41,226 bases of DNA from Octopus sinensis (taxonomy: Eukaryota), in assembly GCF_006345805.1 (NCBI RefSeq), contig NW_021835247.1, forward strand, positions 1 to 41,226, given 5' to 3'. Below the pieces are notes generated by a model. That model had not been told where the DNA came from. It ran no database searches and worked only from the letters and a program-made list of their open reading frames with translations. Shown one piece after another: positions 1 through 10,274 of the stretch. Position 1 is the first letter of the stretch; each line of letters begins with the position of its first letter. A program made the translations under genes and the position numbers.

Positions 1-67
1 TGCTCCATTTGTCTATCTTTATTTGTCCCCTCTGTGTATAGCCCCCTTGGGGCAGTAAAGAAATAAG
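1..67 (+). mobile_element. SINE-B 3' tail, truncated by window edge
   Basis: Matches the SINE-B end (tttgtcccctctgtg...agccccttg...cagtaaagaaata) seen in complete copies such as 4171-4402. Confidence 0.7.
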
Positions 68-448
68 AAGCTTGCTTCCCAACCACATGGTTCTGGGTTC
101 AATCCATCTGTATGGCACCTTAGGCAAATATTGTCTATAGCTTCGGGCTAGTCAAAGCCTTGTGAATGGATTTGGTAGATGGAAATTGGAAAAAGCCTGT
201 TCTGTACATACTGTGTGTGTGTGTGTGTGCGCGCATGTACATGCATCTGTCTCCCCACCCCTACTGCTTAATGAGTGTTTGTTTGTTGACGCCCCTGTAA
301 CTTAGCAGTTCACCAAAAAGAGGCCAACAGAATAAGCACCAGGTATACAAGAAAAACAAGTGTCAGGGTTAATTCGCTCAACTAAAAAATTCCCTGAGGT
401 GATGTCCCAGTATGGACACAGTCTTATGACTGAAACAAGAGAGAAAAA
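68..448 (+). mobile_element. SINE-A, diverged, 5' end clipped
   Basis: Head remnant (gcttgcttcccaaccacatggttctgggttcaatcc), internal (TG)n and ...atgactgaaacaag tail are colinear with the full copy at 24324-24790. Confidence 0.75.
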
Positions 449-462
449 TGTATGTGTGTGTA

Positions 463-497
<35 letters not shown>

Positions 498-502
<5 letters not shown>

Positions 503-806
503 ATTGTTGTTGTTGTTGGTTCCTTCTCGAGCCACTCCTGGCTCATTAGAGCCGGTTTCCTTGGCATATAGGTTCCCCACCTGGACGGGACACCGGTCCA
601 TAGCAGGTGAGCTGCAAGATGCAGGAGGAAAGAGTGAGAGAAAATTGTGGCGAAAGAGTCAGCAGAAGTCGCTCTTTTACCTTCTGCCGGAGCCGTGTGG
701 AGCTTAGATGTTTCGCTCATGAATACATACATCACCCGGTCTGAGATTCGAACCTGCGATCCCTCGACCGCGAGTCTGATGCTCTAACCCCTAAGCCATG
801 GGCCTC
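498..806 (-). mobile_element. tRNA-derived SINE-D
   Basis: Minus strand starts GAGGCCCATGGCTTAGGGGTTAGAGC...GGTTCGAATCTC (A and B boxes), continues into a non-tRNA body and ends in an (AAC/AAT)n tail. Confidence 0.75.
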
Positions 807-945
807 TATATATATATGTGTGTGTGTGTGTGTATGTGTGTGTGTGTATGTGTGTGTGTGTATGTGTGTGTGTGTGTATGTGTGTGTGTGTGTGTGTAAT
901 AGAGGTCACAAAAGTGACAGAAGGTACTGACAAGCACCGCTTTTG

Positions 946-994
<49 letters not shown>

Positions 995-1000
995 GCACAT
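807..1000. repeat. (TG)n and (TA)n microsatellites
   Basis: Directly visible. Confidence 0.95.
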
Positions 1001-1165
1001 ACATGAGTCTAGGGCATTTACGCCCATGGACAACAGAGGATGATTGGAGAGGGGGGAATTAACCAGGGAGGGCAATTGTCCAAGGGGGTTGTTGTCTCAG
1101 GAGGAATTGTCCTGATATGATATATATATATATATATATATATATGTGCACACACATACACACAT

Positions 1166-1292
1166 GACAGGCTTCTTACAAGGTTTGATCAGCTAAAAAC
1201 ACTTGCCCTAAGTGCCACATGGAGAGACGGAACCTGGAACCACGTGGTAAGGAAACAAACATCCTTACCACACAGCCACCACACCTGCACCT
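1166..1292 (-). mobile_element. SINE-A head fragment, diverged
   Basis: cacttgcctaagtgccac...cttaccacacagccac matches the antisense SINE-A head. Confidence 0.65.
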
Positions 1293-1366
1293 AAATATAT
1301 ACATGTCCAATTACTTTTCTTCCTTTTCTTTCTTTTTCTTCCTTTCTTTTTTCAAACCAAGTGACC

Positions 1367-1594
1367 TATTTCTTTACTACCCACAAGGGCCACCAAACAC
1401 AGAGGGGACAAACAGGACAGACTAGGTATTAAGTCGATTACATCGACCCAAGTGCGTAACTGGTACTTAATTTATAGACCCCGAAGGATGAAAGGCCAAA
1501 GTCGACCTCGGCGGAATTTGAACTCACAAGTAACGCAAACGAAATACCGCTAACATTTCGCCCGGTGTGCTAACGATTCTGCCAGCTCGCCGCC
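1367..1594 (-). mobile_element. Full-length SINE-B with 19-bp TSD
   Basis: Complete head to tail, flanked by tttttcaaaccaagtgacc at 1348-1366 and 1595-1613. Confidence 0.9.
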
Positions 1595-1799
1595 TTTTTC
1601 AAACCAAGTGACCGGTGCAAAACTGAAGCAGACCTCGTCATGCTGTTGCTTGTATTCTTCCTCCGCTCACCATATCACAATCTCCCACACCGTGATCAAT
1701 ACTTCCCACTTACTCATTTCACAGGCAGCATTTGCTGAAAAGCTGCTGCAATAAACATCCTCATCCGCTGGATTACTATCGAACAGCCGTCAACAAACT

Positions 1800-2220
1800 C
1801 CATTACTATTATTAATAATTACCACCACAACTACTACAACTTTATTATTATGACTACTATTACTATTATTATTATTATTATTACCGATTCTATTTTAGTA
1901 CCCTTTGTTATGGCTTTATTGTTGATGTTTCCCTTTTGATCAATGTCAATCTAATCTTTTGTGAGTTGCATTTCGTCTTTTGATGCAGTCCTCAATGTCT
2001 CGGGCCCCTGTGACTAATAAAAGGAATTATTATTATTATTAGTATCACATTATTACTACTACTATATTTATTATTATCATTGTTATTGCTATTATTACTA
2101 ATTTTAGTATTACTAATTTTATTATTATTATTACTACTACAACTAGTATTACAACTATTTCTAATTTTATTACAACTACTACGGCTACTACTATTGACGC
2201 TACTAAATCCTTATTACTAT
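1800..2220. repeat. (TAT/TAC)n trinucleotide tracts around a possible LINE-like 3' end
   Basis: Visible tracts at 1800-1885 and 2030-2220; aataaaaggaattattatt near 2015-2040 resembles a retroposon tail. Confidence 0.8.
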
Positions 2221-2280
2221 CGGGCAATGAAGTTCTAAAAATATTTAGACTTCCAGTTCAATCCACCGATCAATCTGCCG

Positions 2281-2312
<32 letters not shown>

Positions 2313-2640
2313 GTCAATCAATCAATCCATACCAGCAAGTAAAAAAATAAATACACAATTATTGGTCAACTTGAGACCCCCTTTGGGCTAAATTCTCCTC
2401 CCTAAGGATTTGGGGCCCTGTGTTATTAAAAAGATAAATCTCCATTATTCTTTTCTACTCTAGGCACAAGGCCTGAAATTTTGGGGGAGGAGGCCAGTCG
2501 ATTAGATTGATCCTAACACGCAACTGGTACTTAATTTATCGACCCCAAAAGGATGAAAGGAGAAGTCGACCTTGGTAGAATGTGAACTCAGAACATAAAG
2601 ACAGACGAAATGCTGCGAAGTACTTTGTCTGATGCATTAA

Positions 2641-2763
2641 CCCTTTTGTTACCATATTTCTGTTGAGATGCTCTGTGTTTCTTTTAATTAATTTTAAATA
2701 AAACAAAGAATTTAGTAAACTTGGTTACCAGAGCCGGTTTCAGCCGGGTTGGTATCAAAAGGG
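2641..2763. mobile_element. piggyBac-type MITE (short)
   Basis: TTAA|CCCTTTTGTTACC ... GGTATCAAAAGGG|TTAA: 13-bp TIR with 1 mismatch, CCC/GGG ends and TTAA flanks. Confidence 0.8.
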
Positions 2764-2794
2764 TTAAGAATTGTTTCTCTATTATATATTTTAA

Positions 2795-3012
2795 CCCTTT
2801 TGTTACCATATTTCTGTTGAGATGCTGTGTTTCTTTCAATTAATTTTAAATATAACAAAGAACTTAGTAAAATAACTTAGTTATCATTCAGCTAGTGTTA
2901 GGAACATAAATTATGACTTAGGTTTGGTGGAAGATTTTAATTCAATACTTATGAAAACAAGACATTTGTACTCAGAGCCAGAACCGGTTTCAGCCAGTTG
3001 ATAATGAAGAGG
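2795..3012. mobile_element. piggyBac-type MITE (longer relative)
   Basis: Same left end (TTAA|cccttttgttaccatatttctgttgagatgct); degraded right TIR ending gaagagg|TTAA. Confidence 0.7.
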
Positions 3013-3379
3013 TTAACAATTCTGTCAGCTCGCCATTGCTGGCATTTGGTTTCTTAATCCCGAGCAGTTCGCAGTGAAAGACAACACAAGAAAAATATGA
3101 AGTCTGGAAGGAGAAGGAAGAGAGTTAAAGGTGCAAAGCCGTTTACTTTAAGTCGAGCTTACACCTGTCCATTTGTATCCATGGCAGTAATGACTTACTC
3201 GGACTTGTTTAGATGACCAAAATAACTGACCCATTGAACCAAGATATGACGAAAGATTGCTGGCTGAATATGGAACCTGTTTGCTTTTACAAATGGGGGA
3301 GAAGATGGGAAGGTAAGCGAGGGAGGGGTGGGTAGGAGGAGTGAGTAGAGGAATAAGGGAGGGTAAGGGATGTAGAGCA

Positions 3380-3790
3380 GGAGGAGGAAGAGGAGGAGAA
3401 AGAAGAGAAGATGTGGAAGGGGAAGAGAAGATGAGGAGGAAGAGAAGATGAGGAAGAAGAGATGAGGAGGAAGAAGAGATGAGGAGGAAGAAGAGATGAG
3501 GAGGAAGAAGAGATGAGGAGGAAGAAGAGAAGATGAGGAGGAAGAAGAGAAGATGAGAAAGAAGAAGAGAAGATGAGAAAGAAGAAGAGAAGATGAGAAA
3601 GAAGAAGAGAAGATGAGGAGGGAGAAGAGAAGATGAGGAAGAAGAGAAGATGAGGAAGAAGAGAAGATGAGGAAAAAGAGAAGATGAGGAAGAAGAGAAG
3701 ATGAAGAAGAAGAGAAGATGAAGAAGAAGAATATGAGGAAGAAGAGAAGATGAGGATGAAGCAGTGAAGAGTAAGAAGAAGAGAAGAGTA
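3380..3790. repeat. GA-rich minisatellite (gaagaagagaagatgag-like units)
   Basis: Directly visible purine tract. Confidence 0.9.
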
Positions 3791-4170
3791 AGGTGAACCT
3801 AAATTAGCCGAAACTTTGCATTTAAAAATACACTTTGTACAATTGCTCAGCAGAATGTTCTAAGATTTTATTTCCGAAGCCAAAGTTGTCCAACAAGAAC
3901 AACAGGAAATTAGACGAAGCGCCGTTGCCAAAATACATGGGGTTTGGTCCAGCGGAGCCGATGTATTTCTTTTCTTTTGAAATCAACAAAATACAATCTC
4001 GATAAATTTAAAGACAAGAACATTGGGCTGGGCTGGGCAGAGGGGGGGGGGGGATAAAGGCGTTTTTTTTTTGTAGAGTTTTGTTTCTTTTGTTCTATTA
4101 TTGTTTCCATTTATTGTTATTATTCCAGGTGGGCGGGGAGGGGGTGACAAGATGGCAGAATTGTTAACAA

Positions 4171-4578
4171 GGCAGTGAACTGGTAGAAACATTAGCACGC
4201 CGGGTGAAATGCTCAGCGGTATTTTGTCTGTCGTTATGTTCTGAGTTCAAATTCTGCCGAGGTCAACTTTGCCTTTCATCCTTTCAAGGTCGATAAATTA
4301 AGTACCAGTTACACACTGGGGTCAATGTAATCGACTTAATCCCTTTGTCTGTCCTTGTTTGTCCCCTCTATGTTTAGCCCCTTGTGGGTAGTAAAGAAAT
4401 AGGTATTTCGTCTGCCGTTACGTTCTGAGTTCAAATTCCGGCAAGGTCGACTTTGCCTTTCATCCTTTCGGGGTCGATTAAATAAGTACCAGTTACGCAC
4501 TGAGGTCGATATAATCGACTTAATCCCTTTATCTGTCCTTGTTTGTCCCCTCTATGTTTAATCCCTTGTGGGCAATAA
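4171..4578 (+). mobile_element. SINE-B head-to-tail dimer
   Basis: Full unit 4171-4402 (TGGTAGAAAC A-box-like, GAGTTCAAAT B-box-like) fused to a 5'-truncated unit starting gtatttcgtc. Confidence 0.9.
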
Positions 4579-5223
4579 CTGTCCTTGTATTCCTCTCCTT
4601 TCACACCCTCCTGAATCTACCCACGAACAATGTCCCCATTGAATCTCTTACACGCAACATATCCCCACCCCCAACACTCCCTCCCTCTATTTCTGTCCAC
4701 TCACTACATTCCTTCCTCTCCCCTCCATCTCCTTCTCCCCTTTTGCAGTCTCACAAACTTACCCACCCAACCACCCACCCACCTTATCCAATCTTTGGTT
4801 CCACAGTGAAAGGGGTGAGGGAAAGAAGAAGAGGAAGGGGAGAAGGGGATCACTTTATGCTTTGATTTGAAATCCCATCAGGAATTTGAACATAAAATTC
4901 TCTTCGACCTTTTAAGAAAGAGCAGGGGGAGGGGGGAGGGGGGACGGTCGACAAAATGCTGCACAAACCATCCCTCGTATTATGAAAGAGCTGAGTTTCC
5001 AAAGAAAAATGTCTTGCCTTGTTATAGAATTCCCTGACATGAAACTTACTCTCCCAAGTGTTCCATCTTCATTGACTTCTTTGTAGAATGGAAATCCATA
5101 ACAGAAAATGGATTTCGCATTATGGATTTCCTCATTACAAGATTTTCAGGAATGCTACCACAAAGCAGGAGGAGATGCCTGTATCAGTCAAGTACCGGGG
5201 TTAATTTAATCCAAATATTTTGG

Positions 5224-5660
5224 GTGGTGAGCTGGCAGAATCATTAGCACACTGGGTAAGATGCTTAGTGGTATTTCACCCAACTCTATGATCTGAGCTC
5301 AAATCCCACCAAAGTCAATGCTTTATCTTTCATCCTTTCAGGGTCGATAAAATAAGTACCGGTTAAACACAGGGGTTGATGTAATCAACTTGCCCTTCTA
5401 CCCCAAAATTGCTAGCCTTGTGCCAAAATTTGAAAGCAATATATGTAAGGTGGCCACCTGGCAGAATCATTAGCATGCCAAACAAAATGCTTAGCGGCAT
5501 TTCGCCCATCTTTACAATCTGGGTTCAAAGTCTGTCAGGGTCAACTTTGTCTTTCATCCTTTTGGGGTTGATAAAATGAGCACCAGTTATGCACTGGGGG
5601 CTCAATGTAATTCACTAACTCCTCCCTCAAATTTCAGGCCTTGTGCCTATAGTAGAAAAG
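5224..5660 (+). mobile_element. Two tandem SINE-B variant copies
   Basis: Two heads (ggtgagctggcagaatcattagc; ggccacctggcagaatcattagc), each with the tttcatcctt core; variant tail aaatttcaggccttgtgcct. Confidence 0.8.
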
Positions 5661-5687
5661 TGGTGATCTTATATCAAGATAAGCGTA

Positions 5688-5912
5688 GCCGTTGCCAGTA
5701 CCGCCAGACTGGCCCTCGTGCCAATGGCATGTAAAAGCACCCACTACACTCTCGGAGTGGTTGGCGTTAGGAAGGGCATCCAGCCGTAGAAACTCTGCCA
5801 GATCAGATAGGAACCTGGTGCAGCCATCTGGTTGCCAGCCCTCAGTCAAATCATCCAACCCATGCTAGCATGGAAAGTGGATGTTAAACGATGGTGATGA
5901 TGATGATGATGA
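5688..5912 (+). mobile_element. Family C retroposon 3' end (RTE-type tail)
   Basis: ggcgttaggaagggcatccagccgtagaaac...catggaaagtggatgttaaacgatg(atg)n; the AGGAAGGGCATCC motif is typical of RTE-clade 3' tails. Confidence 0.75.
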
Positions 5913-6069
5913 TTATTATTATTGTTATCATTATTATTATTATTATCATTATTATTTGTGTTGTTGTTTTGTTTTATACAAGCTGTTCCAAGTCTTGCCC
6001 ATAAACCTTAAATAGCTGCAAGTTGGACATTTCACAATGGGTGTTATTTATGATTAACAATGATATATG

Positions 6070-6508
6070 TGTGCAACATGGTGATCTCATATCAAGATAA
6101 ACAGCACATGACCTTGCAGGTGGGGCCCAGCTAGAATTTTCTTCAGATCGAGTAACCCATCCCGCTCAAAAGGTCCCTGAATAAGGGTTGTTTAAGGATG
6201 TTGAATGAAACACCCATGTTTCCAGAGGTGATTTATCCAAACCCCAAAGAATCCCTCTCAGCACATGGCTATGATGCTCCCCCACTACTTCTGCTCGTGA
6301 TCAGAGATGCACATATCGTCAGCCACTAAGGGACATGCTCAACTGGTTACGGTCAAACAACTGACAAGCAAATCTGTGGTATTGAGCAGAATATTTGCTG
6401 TGGCCCATCTTTTATACCAAGACAAAACAATGTACATGATAACACTTCCAATCAGTTAAGATCAGAAGCCATGTGAGCCACTGCCTGGGACTGCATCAGG
6501 GCATTTAT
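6070..6508. mobile_element. Unclassified interspersed repeat (probable SINE body)
   Basis: Non-coding block I recall as an abundant Octopus repeat; its end gtgatctcatatcaagataa recurs near 5663-5683. Class and orientation uncertain. Confidence 0.5.
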
Positions 6509-6542
6509 TATTATTATTATTATTATTATCATTATTATTATT

Positions 6543-6773
6543 AAGGCAGTGAGCTGGCAGAATCATTAGCACGCCAGGCAAACTACCTAGTTGTTTTTCA
6601 TCTGCCGTTACATTCTGAGTTCAAATTCCGCCGAGGTCGACTTTGCCTTTCATCCTTTCGGGGTCCATTAAACAAGTACCAGTTATGCACTGGGGTCGAT
6701 GTAATCAACTTAATCCATTTATCTGTCCTTGTTTGTCCCCTCTATATTTAACCTGAGAGCAATAAAGAAATAA
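6543..6773 (+). mobile_element. SINE-B, near full length
   Basis: aaggcagtgagctggcagaatc...caataaagaaataa. Confidence 0.85.
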
Positions 6774-6890
6774 CTCATTATTATTATTATTATTATTAGC
6801 AGCAGCATGTGGCTAATGGCCATGATGAGCAGCTGCTGCCAGACCAGACATGAAAGGGTGTAACATCTTGGTGGCATCAAAATGCAAGAA

Positions 6891-7100
6891 TTTCTTTACT
6901 ACCCACAAGGACAGAAGGGACAAACAAGGACAGACAAACGGATTAAGTCGATTATATCGACCCCAGTGCATAACTGGTACTTATTTAATCAACCCCGAAA
7001 GGATGAAAGGTTAAGTCGACCTCGGCGGAATTTGAACTCAGAACGTAACGGCAGACGAAATACAGCTACGCATTTCGCCCGGCATGCTAACGTTTTTGCC
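6891..7100 (-). mobile_element. SINE-B, 5' end lost at the adjacent fold-back element
   Basis: Antisense SINE-B from tail to ...gcatgctaacgtttttgcc. Confidence 0.85.
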
Positions 7101-7280
7101 ACATTCATCGGTAAAATTTCCACTTATTTCTTATCTTTATTCTCCTAAAATTTTCGTTGCATCTTGCAACCTTTTCAATAGTCTTGACTCTTGAAAAGAC
7201 TATTGAAAAGGTTGCAAGACGCAACGAAAATTTTAAGAAAATAAAAATGAGAAATAAGTGGAAATTTTACCGATGAGTGT
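7101..7280. repeat. Fold-back element / MITE: 85-bp inverted arms, 10-nt loop
   Basis: 7101-7185 pairs with 7196-7280, 6 mismatches by manual comparison. Confidence 0.9.
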
Positions 7281-7401
7281 GTTAAATAATAAGGCACTAA
7301 AAGAGAATGACTCTCCCCAGACACAACAGAATATGCTTCAACACACAAACTCACATAAAGAATCTTGCAAACCAAATCCCAAAACGAAAAATAATAATAA
7401 T

Positions 7402-7955
7402 CCTTTTTACTAAGGGTACAAGGCCTGAAATTTTGAGGGATGGGATTAAACTTACTACATCGACCCCAAAAGATGAAAAGCAAAGTTGACCTCAGCAGAA
7501 TTTGAACTCGATAACAGTTTCAAATTTTGGCACAAGGCCAGCAATTGGGGTGGTGGGGGACTAAGTCGATGACATCTCTGATACTTATTTTATTGACCCC
7601 AAAGGGATGAAGGGCAAAGTTGACCTCAGCAGGATTTGAACTCGATAACAGTTTCAAATTTCGGTACAAGGCCAGCATATGGGGTCGGGGAACTAAATCG
7701 ATTACATCTCTGGTACTTATTTTATTGACCCCAAAGGGATGAAAGGGAAAGTTGACCTCAGCAGGATTTTAACTCAGGAACGTAAATTTCGACACAAGAC
7801 CAGCAATCTAAGGAGAGTGGGGAAGTCGATTACATTAACCCCCAGTGTGTTACTAGTACTTATTTTATCGACCCCGAAAGGATAAACGGCAAAGTCGACC
7901 CCGGCAGAATTTGAACTCAAAATGTAAAGACAGGCGAAATACTGCCAAGCATTTT
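7402..7955 (-). mobile_element. Tandem run of about four partial SINE-B variant units
   Basis: Repeated cacaagg(c)c...gaccccaaagg(g)atgaa...gttgacctcagcag blocks; ttgaactcgataacagtttcaaat occurs twice. Confidence 0.8.
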
Positions 7956-8139
7956 AATAATAATAATAACAATAATAATAATAATAATAATAGTAATAAA
8001 TTATATTTCATGCTATTTATGGATTAATTGATTAAATGCTTTTCCACCCCACCACTCCAAACTCCACCCCTAATCTATCCCACTTCTTCTCCATGTTCAG
8101 ATCTTTTGTAAAACGAATCTTTTTTTTCTTTCCTTTTAT

Positions 8140-8330
8140 ATTTGTTGTTAACGATTGTTTTTTTTTTGTTTTTTTTATTAACGATTTTTTTTGTTGTTGT
8201 TTTTTTTGTTAACGATTTTTTTGTTGTTTTTTTTTTGTTTTTTTTATTAACGATTTTTTTTGTTGTTGTTTTTTTTGTTAACGATTTTTTTTGTTGTTTT
8301 TTTTTTGGTTTTGTTGTTTGTTTGTTTTTC
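8140..8330. repeat. T-rich minisatellite anchored on ttaacgatt (5 copies)
   Basis: Directly visible. Confidence 0.85.
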
Positions 8331-8869
8331 CGATTGGACTGTTTTTGTGGTCGTCGTCCGACAAAGGCAAAATAAAACATCGATGCCATTTGTTGATATT
8401 TTTAGCAATGCCGTTTCTATTCTTTTTTTCTGTGGTTGGTGGATGACGAGTTGGGTAACAGATGCTTAGTAAATTCGCCACCCCGACCCCCCAACCCCCC
8501 ACCACACCCCCCCCCCACTGCTCCTACTCTCACCGCCACTCGCTCACTTCCTCTCCAGCTGGCTAACGACTAAATTCATCAATGTATGTAATTAACATGT
8601 CCAATCAGGACAGGCTAAGAAGCCTGGTTCATTAACCTAAATAGGAGAAAGGCAATCTGTTCTACAGGACACTTCACTCACACTCACACTCACGCACGCA
8701 AACAGGTGGGTATTATGAGTGTGAGCAGGAGTGGAGCTGTGAGTGTCTGTGCTATGGGGTTATTTGTGATTAGCAATGATATATTGGGGGGGGGGGGCAA
8801 AGTAGAATCTTAGAACTAAGATTCTGTTAAATTTGTAATAATTAAGTTTTGAAAACGTAGGATAGAGTA

Positions 8870-9310
8870 TAAGTGAATGAGTGAGTGAGTGAGTGAGTGA
8901 GTGAGTGTGAACGAGTGTGTGTGTGTGAGTGAGTGAGTGAGTGTGTGAGTGAGTGAGTGAGTGAGTGAGTGTGTGTGTGAGTGAGTGAGTGAGTGAGTGA
9001 GTGTGTGTGTGAGTGAGTGAGTGAGTGAGTGTGTGTGAGTGTGTGTGTGAGTGAGTGAGTGAATGAGTGTGAGTGAGTGAGTGAGTGAGTGAGCATGTGA
9101 GTGAGTAAGTGAATGAGTGAGTGAGTGAGTGCATAAGTGAATGAATGAGTGTGAGAGTGTGATTGAGTGAGTGAGTGAGTGAGTGAGTGAGTGATGAGAG
9201 ACAGAGCATGTGGGTGAGTGAGTGATATAGAGTGGAGATGTTTGTGTGAGAATGAGTGGGCGTGTGGATGAGTGAGTGATGTAGGACTAGGTGAGGGGAG
9301 AGTGATGTAT
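8870..9310. repeat. (GAGT)n/(GT)n microsatellite
   Basis: Directly visible. Confidence 0.95.
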
Positions 9311-9549
9311 GTTAAACTGTGCGAGTGCATGCGTGTGTGTGTGTGTTATCTATCAGAATGCATGCGTGTGTGGCTGGGTGGGTGGGTGAAAAGTGCAGTG
9401 TTCAGACTGTGAGGGTGAGTGACATATGTGGGACAGTGTGCAGGTGGGAGGAAGAGAGTGGGGGTGAGGGTGAGTGAGTGGTGTATGTAGGACAGGGAGT
9501 GAGAGTGATGTAGTAATACAGTGTGTGTATGGGCATGATATACGAGACT

Positions 9550-9900
9550 GTGTGAGTGAGAGAGAGAAAGAGAGAGAGTGTGTGTGTGTGAGAGAGAGAG
9601 ACAGACAGACAGAGAAAGAGTGTGTGAGTGTGAGAGATAGGTGGGAGAAAAAGAGAGAGTAGGAGAAAAGAGAGAGACAAAGAGAGAGAAAGAGGGTGAG
9701 AAGAGAAAGAGAGAAAGAGGGTGAGAAAGAGAAAGAGAGAAAGAGGGTGAGAAAGAGAAAGAGAGAAAGAGGGTGAGAAAGAGAAAGAGTGAGAGAAAGA
9801 GAGAGAGGGAGAAAAATAGAGAGAGAAAGAGACAGAGAGAAAGAGAGAGAGGGAGAAAAAGAAAGAGACAGAGACAGAGAGAAAGAGAGAGAGAGATGTA
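9550..9900. repeat. (GA)n-derived purine tract with short tandem units
   Basis: Directly visible. Confidence 0.9.
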
Positions 9901-10009
9901 TATATGACTATGAGAGTAAGTGATGGAGCCCAATGCAGCCCTGGGTTTCATCAGATCATCTCAAACCCTCAACCCACTTATCTGTGAACACCACTCAGTT
10001 GAGGGGTTG

Positions 10010-10225
10010 TGTCTTGTAGGTTATTCGGGGACCTCACTGGTGCTGGTGCCACACAAAAAAACATCCCCAGTACACTCTGTAAAGTGGTTGGGGTTAGGAA
10101 GGGCATCTGGCTGTAGAAACCATGCCAAAGCTGACAGCAGGGCTCGATACAATCTTCTGAGACCTGCCAGATGCTGTCGAACTGTCCAATCCATGCCAAC
10201 ACGGAAAACGGATGTTAAATGATGA
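10010..10225 (+). mobile_element. Family C variant 3' end
   Basis: gtggttggggttaggaagggcatctggctgtagaaacc...ggatgttaaatgatga. Confidence 0.7.
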
Positions 10226-10274
10226 GGAAGATGATCAGGATGAGAGGCGGATGGAGGGATAGGTAAACATATAT

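Larger units (their letters stand above)
2446..3030 (-). mobile_element. SINE-B variant interrupted at a TTAA by MITEs
   Basis: SINE-B sequence runs to ...gatgcaTTAA (2640) and resumes after TTAA at 3016 (caattctgtcagctcgcc). Confidence 0.75.

Noticed and set aside
5091-5131. 12-bp inverted repeat ggaaatccataa/ttatggatttcc
   Set aside because: Short and AT-rich, and expected occasionally by chance; it also explains why both strands give similar-looking peptides here.
6440-6490. U2 snRNA-like words (gatcttaactgattggaa on the minus strand)
   Set aside because: Only a short imperfect match within an interspersed repeat; no Sm site or U2 stems.
8760-9951. Long His/Ser/Thr/Leu-rich ORFs (also 19556-19918, 23446-23871, 28584-29080, 40719-41222)
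   Set aside because: These are translations of (GAGT)n, (GA)n, (CA)n and (TA)n microsatellites.
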